Source: a virus (taxonomy: Duplodnaviria; Heunggongvirae; Uroviricota; Caudoviricetes). Taken from it: 64,000 nt of DNA. The DNA lies in IMG/VR virus record IMGVR_UViG_3300027708_003081; one strand, given 5' to 3'. A program made the translations under genes and the position numbers. Below, one piece after another: positions 1 to 11,900 of this stretch. The first letter of the stretch is position 1, and each line of letters starts with the position of its first letter. The notes under the pieces were generated by a model, which was not told the origin of the DNA, did no database searches, and saw only the letters and a program-made list of their open reading frames with translations.

Positions 1-2
1 TT

Positions 3-482
3 TACTATAATAATAATTTAAGTGCTGGAGACATAATAAACGGAGATTTTTGTGAATGGAATGATTATGAGCAAAAAGAAAGAGTAATCTCCCCCTTTTA
101 TCATAAAGTAAAATTTAACCAAGATAATTTACAAACCAGTTTAAATCCAACAACCAATAGTGACGGTTATTATTATGAACCACATCATCCCATAACAATA
201 AGAGTCTATTCTGATTTTATTGAAACAGGTAATGTTGATAATGTCGATAATGTTCCTTTTTACTCTTTTTATTCAGAGTCAGACCAAGAATTTAGGTGGA
301 GAGATTTATATTCATACGGTATTATAGATAATTTAGGTAGAGGTGTTAATTTTCCTTTTTTAAATAAATCACACTATCCGTTTGATAATGTTATTTTTAG
401 GTTTATACCTGAAGGAACAAATGTCAATAATTATAATACAGGAATAAACATACCAGTAAAACCAAAAATAGATGGCTGTGAA
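3..482 (+). CDS. hypothetical protein, C-terminal part (gene begins upstream of window)
   Basis: Frame 3 translated by eye is open from the window edge to TAA 480-482 (~159 codons, no stop). It overlaps the next ATG by 11 nt. Confidence 0.4.
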
Positions 483-1278
483 TAATTATAGGATAATTTT
501 GAGTGGCTCAAGTAGTAAAGAAATTACAATACCTATCGAATTGGATTGGGATTTTGCAGGTCAAGACCAATCAATTGAAATATATGAGGAGGAGGTGGTA
601 AAACAAGTTATTGGTACTGGATATGATTTTGAGGTGGATAGATTTCCACACGATGTTGAACCAACAACAAATAAAACAGAAATAAATTATGAGTTTTATT
701 TTTATTCAGGAGGACCCTTAAATAATTTATCAAGTTGGAATAATAGTTATTTTTCACAAGGGTTTTTAACAAAAGAAATATATTATTTTACAAATGATTT
801 TACAAAGTCATTTTTTAAATTGGATTTTTACGATACGGTGGATGAGAAAAGACAAACTAACTATATAACAATTATTATACCGACACAACAAGGATATAAA
901 ACTACTGCTCTTTTGAATAATAAACCAGTTGAAATTAAAAAGCCAAAATTTACTTTGGATTATATTGGAGATAAAGAAGGGTTTTTTATTTATTGGTTGA
1001 AGAGTTTGGAATTTTTAAACATTAATACATTTTATATGAGTGCCAAATTTTATAATGCAAAAACAGGAGTGTTTACAAAAATGATGAATAAACCACAATC
1101 ATCATTAGCGGCGGGGGAGGAAAATAGTTTTGATGCTACTGATAATTTTTACTATAGAGTTGTTTGTGATTATGTGAATAAAGTGTATCGCGTATATAGA
1201 TTTAACACAAATACAAATGTGAATCAAAGGGTTGGAACAACAACACCCATAACTTGGTATCAATATGTAAACCCATAA
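472..1278 (+). CDS. hypothetical virion-associated protein
   Basis: ORF track 268 aa; ATG verified; part of packed co-directional array of large genes. Confidence 0.55.
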   Translation: MAVNNYRIILSGSSSKEITIPIELDWDFAGQDQSIEIYEEEVVKQVIGTGYDFEVDRFPHDVEPTTNKTEINYEFYFYSGGPLNNLSSWNNSYFSQGFLTKEIYYFTNDFTKSFFKLDFYDTVDEKRQTNYITIIIPTQQGYKTTALLNNKPVEIKKPKFTLDYIGDKEGFFIYWLKSLEFLNINTFYMSAKFYNAKTGVFTKMMNKPQSSLAAGEENSFDATDNFYYRVVCDYVNKVYRVYRFNTNTNVNQRVGTTTPITWYQYVNP

Positions 1279-1279
1279 T

Positions 1280-2359
1280 ATGGATTATTATAAAATAATA
1301 ATATCACCAGAGACCATTAAACGTGACCTAACAAAGGTTACGTATGATGGAAAAAGTGTTGGTATATATTCGGCGATGACCGAGGTTCTTACTGGAAATA
1401 CTAATGGAACATCTCTTCTAACAGGATTAACAATTCCAATTTTAATTACGGAGAATGTAAATGATATGGGATATTATGAACCATTTGATGGATATATGAC
1501 ACAAAAAGATGTTGTTACAAACTTCTTATTTTCATCTACAACCTCAAACCCATACGATGTTTATGTGTATAATACTTCTGATGAATATCAGAAATTTTTA
1601 GAACTTTCAAAATATACTGTGGATTGGGGAGACGGAACTACACCACAAACAGTAACAACATTTTCACCAAATTATGCGATGCATTCTTATCCGTATATGA
1701 TGAAAGATTATACAATTACTTTGACTCAAACAAATCCTTGGGGAATGATAAAAGTATCTAAAAAAATTAGTTTACCATATTCACTACCAACAATTTACAA
1801 CCCACAGGGAACGGCATATTTTACATCTAATGTTGGAAGTTGGTCAGGAACACCTGTTAGTTATGATTACATATTTTCTGGAGATTCAAATAACGAAGTA
1901 TCTGCACAAACATCTTCCAATTATGTGTCAACGCCATTTTATGTAACAGGAGAGACTGCTTCAAGACTACAAGATTTGGAACAATATGGTTCTGTAAAAT
2001 ATATCCAAGGAAAAAATGTTTATAAGAACAGAGAATTGTATGGTGTGATAAACTCCATTACACAAAATTATACGGGGTATACGATACAAGATGTAGATTA
2101 TTATGATTATAGTGATGGTACTACATTATTTTTTGCTCAATCATCTGGATTTACTACGGAAAATATAACCTCATTACCAATAACAAAACAAGAGGTTATG
2201 ATGGGGGTTATAGACCAACCACAAATACAAACTAACGTATATATTGAGAGAGGAAAAAATAGTGCTTATGAGAAAATACAAAGATTGGGGGAAGTCGATA
2301 ATGTGGGAGATTTAATAAATTACGGATATGGTTTTTTTAAAGTGGAAAAAAAGATATAA
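1280..2359 (+). CDS. hypothetical virion-associated protein
   Basis: ORF track 359 aa; ATG verified; 1-nt gap to previous stop. Confidence 0.55.
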   Translation: MDYYKIIISPETIKRDLTKVTYDGKSVGIYSAMTEVLTGNTNGTSLLTGLTIPILITENVNDMGYYEPFDGYMTQKDVVTNFLFSSTTSNPYDVYVYNTSDEYQKFLELSKYTVDWGDGTTPQTVTTFSPNYAMHSYPYMMKDYTITLTQTNPWGMIKVSKKISLPYSLPTIYNPQGTAYFTSNVGSWSGTPVSYDYIFSGDSNNEVSAQTSSNYVSTPFYVTGETASRLQDLEQYGSVKYIQGKNVYKNRELYGVINSITQNYTGYTIQDVDYYDYSDGTTLFFAQSSGFTTENITSLPITKQEVMMGVIDQPQIQTNVYIERGKNSAYEKIQRLGEVDNVGDLINYGYGFFKVEKKI

Positions 2360-2382
2360 ACTATTTATAATAAAGATTTAAA

Positions 2383-3291
2383 ATGGCAATTGGAACATAC
2401 GGGGCCACGCGACCCTCAGACGTAAGTCCTGAAGATGTAGAAATAATATTAAATTATACACCCACAAGGGATGTAACCGATAATTTTGTATTAAAAACCC
2501 TCAACGCACCAACGGTTTTAAGACCATATTTTCATAACGCTCAAACGGGTGGAAATACAAATATTGAAATCCTTGGGGGACTATATAATTTAACATTACC
2601 TGCAGATACATTTAACGCTTTAGGTTTTTATACATTATATGTAAGACCAGCCGAAATCAGAACAACAATTACCGATTGTGGTGTTTTAAGTGCGCTACCA
2701 AACGTTAAAGGTATTATTATTGATTTGGCAAATATACCATCACAATTTATTAATAAATTTGTGCCCCAAGGGTTAATTGGTTTTAGAATTGAATATCTCA
2801 ATCCTGATGGAAGTAAAATACCGAATTTTTTTAGAATAGTAACATCTTGTTTCTTTTGTGAACCCGTTGTTGTGAATCTAACAAACACAACTCAAAAGGC
2901 GGTTAGATATAGATATGTTGATGGAATATCTAATTTGCTATTTTTAACTTTAACACCATCATCATCACCAACAAACAAACCAAACGCAACACCATTCATA
3001 GGACAACCCGACCAAAATATTATAATAACAAATACTTTTTTTAATCCTATAACTATAGACATACAAATGGCCGAGTATGACATAGACACATTAGCAATTG
3101 CTCTTTATGGTAATCAAACCAAGTCAATTGATGACGGTATTTACACAATCTACGATTCTAATAATAATATCTTCAGACAATACAACTTATTTGAAGTTAG
3201 AGACCAATTCAATTCATTATTGTATGAGGTTAGACAAAGTAGAGGTAATGATATTGATTTTAGTAAAAGTTTTAACAATATAACAACTTAA
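2383..3291 (+). CDS. hypothetical virion-associated protein
   Basis: ORF track 302 aa; ATG verified; preceded by TATTTATAATAAAG motif. Confidence 0.55.
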   Translation: MAIGTYGATRPSDVSPEDVEIILNYTPTRDVTDNFVLKTLNAPTVLRPYFHNAQTGGNTNIEILGGLYNLTLPADTFNALGFYTLYVRPAEIRTTITDCGVLSALPNVKGIIIDLANIPSQFINKFVPQGLIGFRIEYLNPDGSKIPNFFRIVTSCFFCEPVVVNLTNTTQKAVRYRYVDGISNLLFLTLTPSSSPTNKPNATPFIGQPDQNIIITNTFFNPITIDIQMAEYDIDTLAIALYGNQTKSIDDGIYTIYDSNNNIFRQYNLFEVRDQFNSLLYEVRQSRGNDIDFSKSFNNITT

Positions 3292-6269
3292 TGGCAACTA
3301 CAATTAAAAAAACAAAATATTACTATCCGCCGAGACCTGGTAACGGTGCTGGGACTTTTTCCGACAATATTGTTGGTCTACAAATTGTAGATGGAGGAGG
3401 ACTTACGCAAGGTAATTTTGAATTTACTACAAATGTTGTTGACAAAGTTAATAGAACTTTCGGTGTAGGAGAATTTGCAAAACCTGTAAATCTTTCTGAT
3501 TTGGGTGTTGATAGCGTTATTCAAAGTGAAAGAATACAATCAAGTCAATTCAGAGTTCATCCAAACTATGATATTTCTCAAGTATTAAATTTTTCTTTGT
3601 ATGGTTCATTAGCGAAAAGACTTAGTACTTCTGTAACAAAAATTATTAATTATTTTCCTGCGTCTTTGGATGTTATGTTTACAACACCAACTTTTACAAC
3701 AGGAAACACAGCAATCAATATTTCTTATGATTCTGTAAATGACGAAACGTATTTTGAGGTTAATGTGGATAGGATTTTTAATCCAATAGGGGTTGATTAT
3801 ACTGTTAATGCGACAAATAATCTAATTTCAACAGGAAATACTGTTTCACCTTACAGAAACTTAAATAATACTTATCTTGACTATGCCGTGGTATTTGATG
3901 GCACAGAGTATAAAGTTTTATCTTTTCAACCATCAGATTCTTTATATACAGGATATATCGCTTTTTATGTTTCAGGTGCCCCATTTGGAAATACTGCAAC
4001 AACTTGGTCAAATGATTTTCAAATCAGGCCAAATGATTTTATTGTGGATAAAATATTTGCGGAGACATTTGATGAAATTGAACAGTTTTTATTGAATAGA
4101 TTAATACAACCAATATATACTGCAATATTTCAAATTCCAGCACAAAATCAAGACGGTCAATTTTATACTAATTATCAACAAGTTACTTGGCCAAAAGACG
4201 GACCGTGGAATTTAGATATTAGGTCGTTTGCATTTGACAACTATTTGACACAACTTCAATCTATTTCCGAAGAATTAGATACTTTTAAAACTAACTTGAT
4301 ATCAAGATTTTTGACTGCAGGTTCTTTAAAAGAATTTGATACTTTAGGTAGAAAAGTCGAACGAGTTTTTCAAATATATGGAAGAAGTTTTGATGATTTA
4401 AAAAAATATGTTGACGGTCTTGCGTTTGCAAACTCAGTTAATTATAACCCATCAAACGATATTCCATCAGAACTTTTATCTGATTTGGCTCAAACATTAG
4501 GATGGAACGGAAATTTTTCACCAATAACAAATGAAGATTATCTAACATCTATTTTTGGTAATCAAACTAAATCTAATTACCCTGGTTATGCAAGAGCTCA
4601 AACACCGACAGAATTAAACTACGCATTTTACAGGAATTTAATTTTAAATTCGGCGTATATTTTTAAATCAAAAGGTACAAGAAGGTCTGTTGAGTTTTTA
4701 TTAAATTTAATAGGAGCTCCCGAATCTTTAATTGAGTATAACGAATATATATATCTTGCAGACCAAAAAATTGATATTGAAAATTTTGATAAACAATTTG
4801 GTAAAATATCAGGAGGAACATACGTTGAAGAAAAACCGGCATTAGACTCAACAAACACTTTTAAAATTAGGGGTAGGGTGTTCACAGGTTTTACTACACA
4901 AGATAGTTATACGGACGTTAATGTTAGTTTATCGGAGTATCCAATTGATTATGATGGATACCCATACGCACCAAAACCAACTGAATCAAACTTTTTTCAA
5001 AAAGGTGCGGGATGGTATGAACAAACACCATCTCACAGGAGCCCTGAAGAAGTGGTGGTAACAGGAAATGTATATAAAGGACAAAACACTCAAATACAAA
5101 GTCAATTAACACCATTTAGTTACGGTCAAGAATATTTAAATACCTATAGAAATTTTCCATATATAAATGATGGATTTAAATTATTAAGGATTATTGATAA
5201 TAATAAATCTTGGTTAGAAACTGATGATAAGTTAAGAAGTGCAAGTCAAGGAAATTACAACGCTTATTATTATCTTGATAACGAAAGATTAGTTTTAAAT
5301 GTAAAAAATACTGACATATTTTTAAATCCTGGACAAGGACTTACATATGAAATATGGGAACAATCGAGACTTTATAATTACCCAATCCCTGAAAGCGGCT
5401 TAACAGCGTATTATCCTGTACCGGGTGGGGTTGATTCTACCTTTATTGACCCAAAACCACAAAGAAAAACATTCTTTGAATTTTCAAAAACTTTCTGGCA
5501 GAATATGATTAATACCAGAAATCGCCAATTTATAACTGATGGAAAAACAGGAGGATACCCAACGTTACAATCACTTTGGTGGAATTATTTATTACAAGAA
5601 GAAAATATTGGAATACAAAATAATCAATACACATATCAAAAATTGATTGATTACGTTATTGGTATGGGACCATATTGGTTGAAATTAGTAGAACAAATGG
5701 TTCCCGCAACAACAATTTGGCAGGGAGGAATTAGGTATGAGAACTCTGTATTACAAAGACAAAAATTTGTATATAGAAGAAATAGAGGTTGTTTGGTTGA
5801 ACCAAAACTAGCAAAACCTTGTTCAATTGTTACATCTTTGAATAACTATAGCCAATCAACAGAATATATTAATTTAAATATTTTTCCTTGGTTAAATGGT
5901 AATACAACATATACTAACTTTAATGGGGTGTTGACTCAGGCGGTTAATAGTGCAATTAGTCCAACCTATACAATACAAACTTGTAATGGTGCGAATTCAC
6001 TTACATCTACTTGGTATGTTGATTTATCAATAGGAAATAATAGAATTATACATAAACCATTCTACTATGGAACAGGTTTGAACAATTCACCATCAAATGG
6101 TGACTGGAGAGCGGCATTAATTTTAGCATTACCGGCCTTATTAAATTATAATTTGAATTATAATATAAGTGGTAATCAATTAACAATAACAAATTTAGGC
6201 ACACAGCCATTAAACCTAAATCAAACATTAACTTTGAGTGTGGGAATAAATGTAAACATAACGTGTTAA
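3291..6269 (+). CDS. large hypothetical structural protein (992 aa)
   Basis: ORF track; ATG overlaps previous stop (TAATG); the only other ORFs in this span are short opposite-strand or alternate-frame ones. Confidence 0.6.
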   Translation: MATTIKKTKYYYPPRPGNGAGTFSDNIVGLQIVDGGGLTQGNFEFTTNVVDKVNRTFGVGEFAKPVNLSDLGVDSVIQSERIQSSQFRVHPNYDISQVLNFSLYGSLAKRLSTSVTKIINYFPASLDVMFTTPTFTTGNTAINISYDSVNDETYFEVNVDRIFNPIGVDYTVNATNNLISTGNTVSPYRNLNNTYLDYAVVFDGTEYKVLSFQPSDSLYTGYIAFYVSGAPFGNTATTWSNDFQIRPNDFIVDKIFAETFDEIEQFLLNRLIQPIYTAIFQIPAQNQDGQFYTNYQQVTWPKDGPWNLDIRSFAFDNYLTQLQSISEELDTFKTNLISRFLTAGSLKEFDTLGRKVERVFQIYGRSFDDLKKYVDGLAFANSVNYNPSNDIPSELLSDLAQTLGWNGNFSPITNEDYLTSIFGNQTKSNYPGYARAQTPTELNYAFYRNLILNSAYIFKSKGTRRSVEFLLNLIGAPESLIEYNEYIYLADQKIDIENFDKQFGKISGGTYVEEKPALDSTNTFKIRGRVFTGFTTQDSYTDVNVSLSEYPIDYDGYPYAPKPTESNFFQKGAGWYEQTPSHRSPEEVVVTGNVYKGQNTQIQSQLTPFSYGQEYLNTYRNFPYINDGFKLLRIIDNNKSWLETDDKLRSASQGNYNAYYYLDNERLVLNVKNTDIFLNPGQGLTYEIWEQSRLYNYPIPESGLTAYYPVPGGVDSTFIDPKPQRKTFFEFSKTFWQNMINTRNRQFITDGKTGGYPTLQSLWWNYLLQEENIGIQNNQYTYQKLIDYVIGMGPYWLKLVEQMVPATTIWQGGIRYENSVLQRQKFVYRRNRGCLVEPKLAKPCSIVTSLNNYSQSTEYINLNIFPWLNGNTTYTNFNGVLTQAVNSAISPTYTIQTCNGANSLTSTWYVDLSIGNNRIIHKPFYYGTGLNNSPSNGDWRAALILALPALLNYNLNYNISGNQLTITNLGTQPLNLNQTLTLSVGINVNITC

Positions 6270-6272
6270 TAT

Positions 6273-8414
6273 ATGGAAACTTTTGGTTTAAATTATAATG
6301 TTATATTGACGGGAGACTGTTCTTCAACAAACTCAGGTGCAATAATCATTATTCCAAATGGAGGGACACCAAAATATAATGTACAGTGGTTGGACCCTGA
6401 TTTAGGTGTAGATGCAAGTACAGACTTATCTTCAAGAACAGGACTTAGTGCCGGTACATATACAATACTTATAACAGACTCATCGGCACCTACTAATAAT
6501 CAAATATTTGTTAATGTACCTGTTTCAAGCGGTGTTTCTTGTTTTTTAACAAGTGTAACAAATACAACTTGTGATTTAAATAATGGAACTGCAACAGTTA
6601 GTAGTTCTTCCAATTTTTCTTATACCGAAATTTATCTATACAATTCAGACAATACTTATGTTACTTCATCAACAACAAGTGTAAACAACACAACATTCCA
6701 AAATCTTACTGCAGGAACTTATTATATGATTGCTCAAGATTTAGGAGGATGTACAGGAAGAAGTGAGAGTTTTATCATAGAAAAATCGCCAACACTTGAT
6801 TACGGATTATATGTTGTTCCAAACGCCGCGTGTGGATATACACCAATTGGTAAGATTTATGTAACAGGATTAACGGGAACACCACCATATACGTATAAGT
6901 GGAACACAGGTGATGAGACAAATTATATTACAGGATTAACTGCCGGAGATTATAGTGTTGATGTTAGAGATTATTATAATTGCTCTGTTATAAAATCGGG
7001 AACCATAGTAAATTTAAATCCCGTCCAACTTGTTGCATTCACAGCAAATCCTCCCTCTTGTTTAACTAATGATGGTAGTTTAACGGTTCAGTTAACTGGA
7101 GGAACACCACCATACTATTACTCGGCATCTACGGGATATGTTGAAATTTCTTATTTAAGTACATTTACATTAGAAAATATTGGTGCTGGACCATATACAG
7201 TTCAAGTAACAGATGCCGCTTTCTGTAGTGATTCAATTGGAACTACTTTGAATACACCATCAGGTATGACATCCGTTAATATTGAAACAAAAAATACAAA
7301 TTGTTCTTTCTCCGAAGGTGCGATAACCGTATCAATTCAGGGTGGAAACAATCCTTTTTTATATTCATTAACTTATCCTGATTTGTCAGTTAAGGAGGTT
7401 AATACTGATTTAATGTATAATTTATTTTCAAATTTATCTGCAGGGACTTATAACTTATCTGTTTCGGACTCTTCTGGTTGTACTTATATGAATGATTATA
7501 CGATTTATAATCAAGAATCCTTTTCAATATCTGCGGTTTCTACATCAGCAACTTACGGTCAAAAAAACGGGACAGTTACGGTTACAAAATCAACAGGGGG
7601 TACAGAACCATATGCTTATATATTAGACAATAAAACTAGTATTTCAAATAGTATATTATCTGCAGTTACGTTTTATGATTTATCTTCAGGACAACACGAA
7701 GTTGTTGTGGTGGATTCGGTGGGGTGTAAACAAAATGTTAATGTGTATGTGGAGTATGTTCCGGTTGTAGATTTTTTATTAATACCAACAACCGCAGGTT
7801 CAAATAGTGGAGGAACAATAACTGCTCTTATATCCTCAGGTAAACCACCATTTACGTATAGTTGGTCTGATAACGTAATGGATAACCCACAAACAATAAC
7901 TGTCACAGGATTAACTGCAGGTACGTATAGTTTGATTGTTATTGACTCAAATGGGTCATCTTTGAAAAGAACCACAACAATCAACGGAAGTACTTCTTTT
8001 GATTCATATCAATCTTATACTGTTGGAGAACAAACATTTGAATTAATTACAAATACAAAATATAGTTTATCAAAAATGTTAAATGAGGGATTCCAAGATT
8101 TAACATCTGGAGAAACGGGATGTAATTTATCTTCCGCAACATTTACCACAAGAGTAAAGGTTAACCCACTTAGTCCTGAAGTAACTGAAGTATTTTATAC
8201 AACATATTCATTACTTGATGTACCTCAAGATAACTTATTTTATAATTCAATACAAAATTTATTATCAAGTTCAATTGGTGTTGGTGAGGTAATCATAGAT
8301 GAAATCAATAATGAAATAACAATTTTGAGTGATGCTGGCAGACAAGATTTGGTTTCATCACTTGATGTAAAAGTTTATTTGACTATAGATTATGATATTT
8401 ATTGTACAGGATGA
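6273..8414 (+). CDS. SprB-type Ig-like repeat protein (structural/adhesin-like)
   Basis: At least six ~80-aa repeats carry the signature GG(T/N)xP(Y/F)xY..W ... LTAG(T/D)Y ... D..GC, e.g. TGLTGTPPYTYKWNTGDETNYITGLTAGDYSVDVRDYYNCS and GGTPPYYYSAS. This is the hallmark of Bacteroidetes SprB repeats. Confidence 0.65.
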   Translation: METFGLNYNVILTGDCSSTNSGAIIIIPNGGTPKYNVQWLDPDLGVDASTDLSSRTGLSAGTYTILITDSSAPTNNQIFVNVPVSSGVSCFLTSVTNTTCDLNNGTATVSSSSNFSYTEIYLYNSDNTYVTSSTTSVNNTTFQNLTAGTYYMIAQDLGGCTGRSESFIIEKSPTLDYGLYVVPNAACGYTPIGKIYVTGLTGTPPYTYKWNTGDETNYITGLTAGDYSVDVRDYYNCSVIKSGTIVNLNPVQLVAFTANPPSCLTNDGSLTVQLTGGTPPYYYSASTGYVEISYLSTFTLENIGAGPYTVQVTDAAFCSDSIGTTLNTPSGMTSVNIETKNTNCSFSEGAITVSIQGGNNPFLYSLTYPDLSVKEVNTDLMYNLFSNLSAGTYNLSVSDSSGCTYMNDYTIYNQESFSISAVSTSATYGQKNGTVTVTKSTGGTEPYAYILDNKTSISNSILSAVTFYDLSSGQHEVVVVDSVGCKQNVNVYVEYVPVVDFLLIPTTAGSNSGGTITALISSGKPPFTYSWSDNVMDNPQTITVTGLTAGTYSLIVIDSNGSSLKRTTTINGSTSFDSYQSYTVGEQTFELITNTKYSLSKMLNEGFQDLTSGETGCNLSSATFTTRVKVNPLSPEVTEVFYTTYSLLDVPQDNLFYNSIQNLLSSSIGVGEVIIDEINNEITILSDAGRQDLVSSLDVKVYLTIDYDIYCTG

Positions 8415-8638
8415 CAAGACTAGAAATAACATATTTTACGGGGTACACGCCTACAGATGTATATATTGCAGACTCCTATGGTAATAATAGATATTATTTG
8501 GGACAATTGAGCGCGGCAACGCCTCCGACAGTTTATGAATATCCTCCTTCTTTATTTAATTCTGCACCTCAGGTGATGGTTATAATGAGTGGTGCTAATG
8601 GATACGAAACGTTCAAAATTATTGACGCTTCTTTGTAG
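8411..8638 (+). CDS. small conserved-domain protein (paralog of 15627..15848 and of the N-terminus of 15845..16492)
   Basis: Track start 8402 is TTG; the ATG at 8411 overlaps the previous stop (ATGA). Shares TP.DVYI...PP..F..P.......KIID pattern with two other small ORFs. Confidence 0.45.
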   Translation: MTRLEITYFTGYTPTDVYIADSYGNNRYYLGQLSAATPPTVYEYPPSLFNSAPQVMVIMSGANGYETFKIIDASL

Positions 8639-8819
8639 ATTTTTCTTCTTTAATTTTGTAGAGTTTTAATAATTTCAGAGAATCTTTGTAGTTCTTTTCC
8701 AGTCTATCAAGCTCATCAAAACTAACACTACCTTCACAAGCAAAATTATAATGTTGTTCTGCTTCTTCGATTATCTTTTTTATTGTTTTAAGTAATTTCA
8801 TATAATATAAATATTTCAA
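8619..8819 (-). CDS. small hypothetical ORF in 272-nt gap (doubtful)
   Basis: 66-aa minus-strand ORF lying mostly in the only sizeable intergenic gap of the structural block. Confidence 0.2.
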   Translation of the reverse strand: MKYLYYMKLLKTIKKIIEEAEQHYNFACEGSVSFDELDRLEKNYKDSLKLLKLYKIKEEKSTKKRQ

Positions 8820-8910
8820 ACATCAGTTGTTTATTAAAGTCAAACAAATTCTATAATTATTATTAAATAAAAACCAGATTTTGGGTTATTTATAGATAGA
8901 AATTTTAAAT

Positions 8911-11900
8911 ATGGCTTGTACCGCATTATCTCGTAGGTTAACCTATACGTCTTCAAGTTGCACAGACGCTTGTAATTTAGTGTCTAATAATACATATTAT
9001 TCACCTGATTCACCAATACAAATTGGTAGTTTATTGTATTCTAATGCGGAGTGTAGTACTCGGGCAAGACCTGGTTATTATTCAGACCGTTCTGATGGAG
9101 GAGACACTTGTTATGAGGTTGATTTATCAGGTATACTTATTGCAACGGGAATTTGTTTTTCAACAACAATAAAATTTCAAGATTGTTATAACTCTTCAAA
9201 TGTTTTTAGATTTAGCGGAGTTGGATTACCAGATACAATTGGTAATACATATTACATTTCTAATACAGGTTTTTTTGAAGGGTGTGCAACATTAGTAACA
9301 AATGATGATGTTGGAGACTTATATGATAGTTCGGGTGTTATTTTTACACTTGTAACAGGTTGTAGCGATGGTCTTTGTCCATCGTGTAATTATATTGAAT
9401 TTTGTTTTGGAACGAGTAATCCAACACTATCAGGTTATAGTGGTAATTTTGTATCGGCAGACACTTACAATTTAAAAAATTCATTTACTGGTGATGGAAC
9501 ATCAGGTGGAGTAATTTACTTCACAGGTGATAGATGGTGTTTAAGTAATAGTTTAGGTGGCGCTTGTTTACTTGAGGGTAAATCTCCTTGGTACTCTGAC
9601 TGTCCTGATTTAGCATTTAATTCTTTTGATTTTGGACCTTGCCCAACACCTACACCAACACCTGTTGGTAATTTTGCTATTGATTTTAATGCGTATTTTG
9701 ATGCCGCATACGTTCCACCAGTTACGCCAACAGTATCTACTGATTGTGTAGTTGTTAATTTTGATTTCACAAATTCACCAATACCACCGACACCATCTGC
9801 AAGCCCTGTATATAATGTAGGCGTAAATTTTTCAATATTTTATTCATCGCCAACACCGACACCGTCAGTAACTGCAACACCAACTTTAACACCAACAAAC
9901 ATATTAGAAATATTGGGTAAGGCAACATTTACAATTATTGACCCACCATTTGACTGTTCAACAGTTAAAGTTTTATTGGAGTGCGGAACTTTAAATAACT
10001 ATTATTATGTTTCAGGACCAATACTTTATAATTCAGTTCAATTGGTTATTGGAACAGTATTTAATGCAAATGTAACATCACCAAATGGAACAAAATGGAC
10101 TTGTGTTCAATATTTAAGAGATGACCTAAATTTAAGTCCTGATACGACAATTAATAATGTTTATTCTTTATTTAGTAAATGTGATGATTGTTTACCGTTA
10201 CCAAGTCAAACGTCAACTCCAACACAAACTATAACACCAACACCAACAACTACCACAATACCTTCTACACCACCACCAACGCCGACACAAACACCAACTA
10301 ATACTCAAACGCCGACACAAACACCAACTAATACTCAAACGCCGACACAAACTCAAACTCAAACACCGTCACAAACTCAAACTCAAACACCTACAAATAC
10401 TGAAACACCGACACAAACACCTACGATGACACAAACTCCATCACCAACAAATTATGCGGATTGTGATTTATCGGGTTACACATTTGGAGGGTATATACCA
10501 CCGACACCACCAGTAACTCCATCACCAACTCCATCACCAACTCAAACACCTACAAATACACCAACTAATACAGAAACGCCGACACAAACACCTACAAATA
10601 CACCAACAGAAACAACTACTCCAACTCCAACGACAACTAGACCTTTAGATAATTTTACAGGTAGATTTACAACAACATTCACAGGTACTGGTTCAAGTAA
10701 CATTAATCAAGTTAAATTACCATTTGTTAATACATCGGATTCAAATTATAGTTGTATTATAGATTGGGGAGATACAAATACTGATTATGTGAATGTGTGG
10801 TCAGCGTCTTCATTAACACACACATATTCATCACCTGGAACATACACAATTAATATTTATGCTGACCCAGGTAATTTGAGAGGGTGGTCATATAATAATT
10901 CGGGAGATAAATTAAAAATTGTGGAGGTGTTAAGATGGGGACCATTACAATTGGGAACCGGACAAACCGCACATTTCTATGGATGTTCTAATTTAGTGTT
11001 AACAGGAGTTACTGATGTTATTAATTTGAGCGGAACCACTAAATTGACATCAACTTTTAATAGTTGTACTTCTTTAACAACAATAAATAATGTTGGTTCT
11101 TGGGATATGTCAAAAGTAACTGACTCGAGTGGTATGTTTGCATCTGCGAGTAATTTTGATGATGATTTGGGTAGTTGGGATATGAGAAACAATCAAAACT
11201 TATCAAGTATGTTCCAAGATGCTGTCAAGTTTGACAACAAAGGAAGTAATTCAATTAATAATTGGATAACTAGCGCCAATACAGTATTTTCTTATATGTT
11301 CTATTCTAATTCTGCGGGAGTTGCAAAATTCAATAGAAATATTGGAAATTGGAATACCAGTAAGGTGCAACAATTCAATTATATGTTCCACAGACAGTAC
11401 TTGTTTAATAACAACGGAAGTCCTTCGATAAGTGGTTGGACTATGTCTGCGGCGACAAATTTAGGTCATATGTTCTATCAGTGTAGTTCTTTCAATCAAC
11501 CAGTTGGTAGTTGGGATGTTAGAAATGTTACCGACAATAGTAATTTTGGTGGTATGATGAATTTATTTGGTGGATGTAGTTCATTCGACCAAGATTTATC
11601 TAATTGGAATGTAAGAAATGTTGTAAAAATGCAAAGTATGTTCCAAGCCTCAGCATTTAAAAATTCTGGATTTACAGGAATAGATAATTGGGTGACATCA
11701 GCAGTTACAAATATGAGTGCTATGTTTGCATCCACACCATTTAATCAGCCAATCGGAAGTTGGAATGTTTCGGGTGTTACTAATATGTCATCGATGTTTG
11801 CAAGTGCGTCGCAATTCAACCAAGATATTGGCTCTTGGGATGTATCTAAAGTACAAAATATGTCTGCTATGTTTGGAAGTGCGGTTAATTTTAATAATGG

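Noticed and set aside
2628-3283. Short minus-strand and alternate-frame ORFs (2628..2888, 2892..3089, 3098..3283) inside 2383..3291
   Set aside because: They are nested within a longer well-supported + strand gene in a uniformly + oriented array. They are AT-rich shadow ORFs.
3805-6228. Six 60-85-aa ORFs on both strands inside the 992-aa gene
   Set aside because: Nested in the long ORF; no start context or promoter; typical antisense noise in AT-rich DNA.
10204-10640. Possible CRISPR array
   Set aside because: The repeats are in-frame coding reiterations (TPTQTPTNT) without unique spacers of fixed length. The same holds for 40440-40740. No cas genes.
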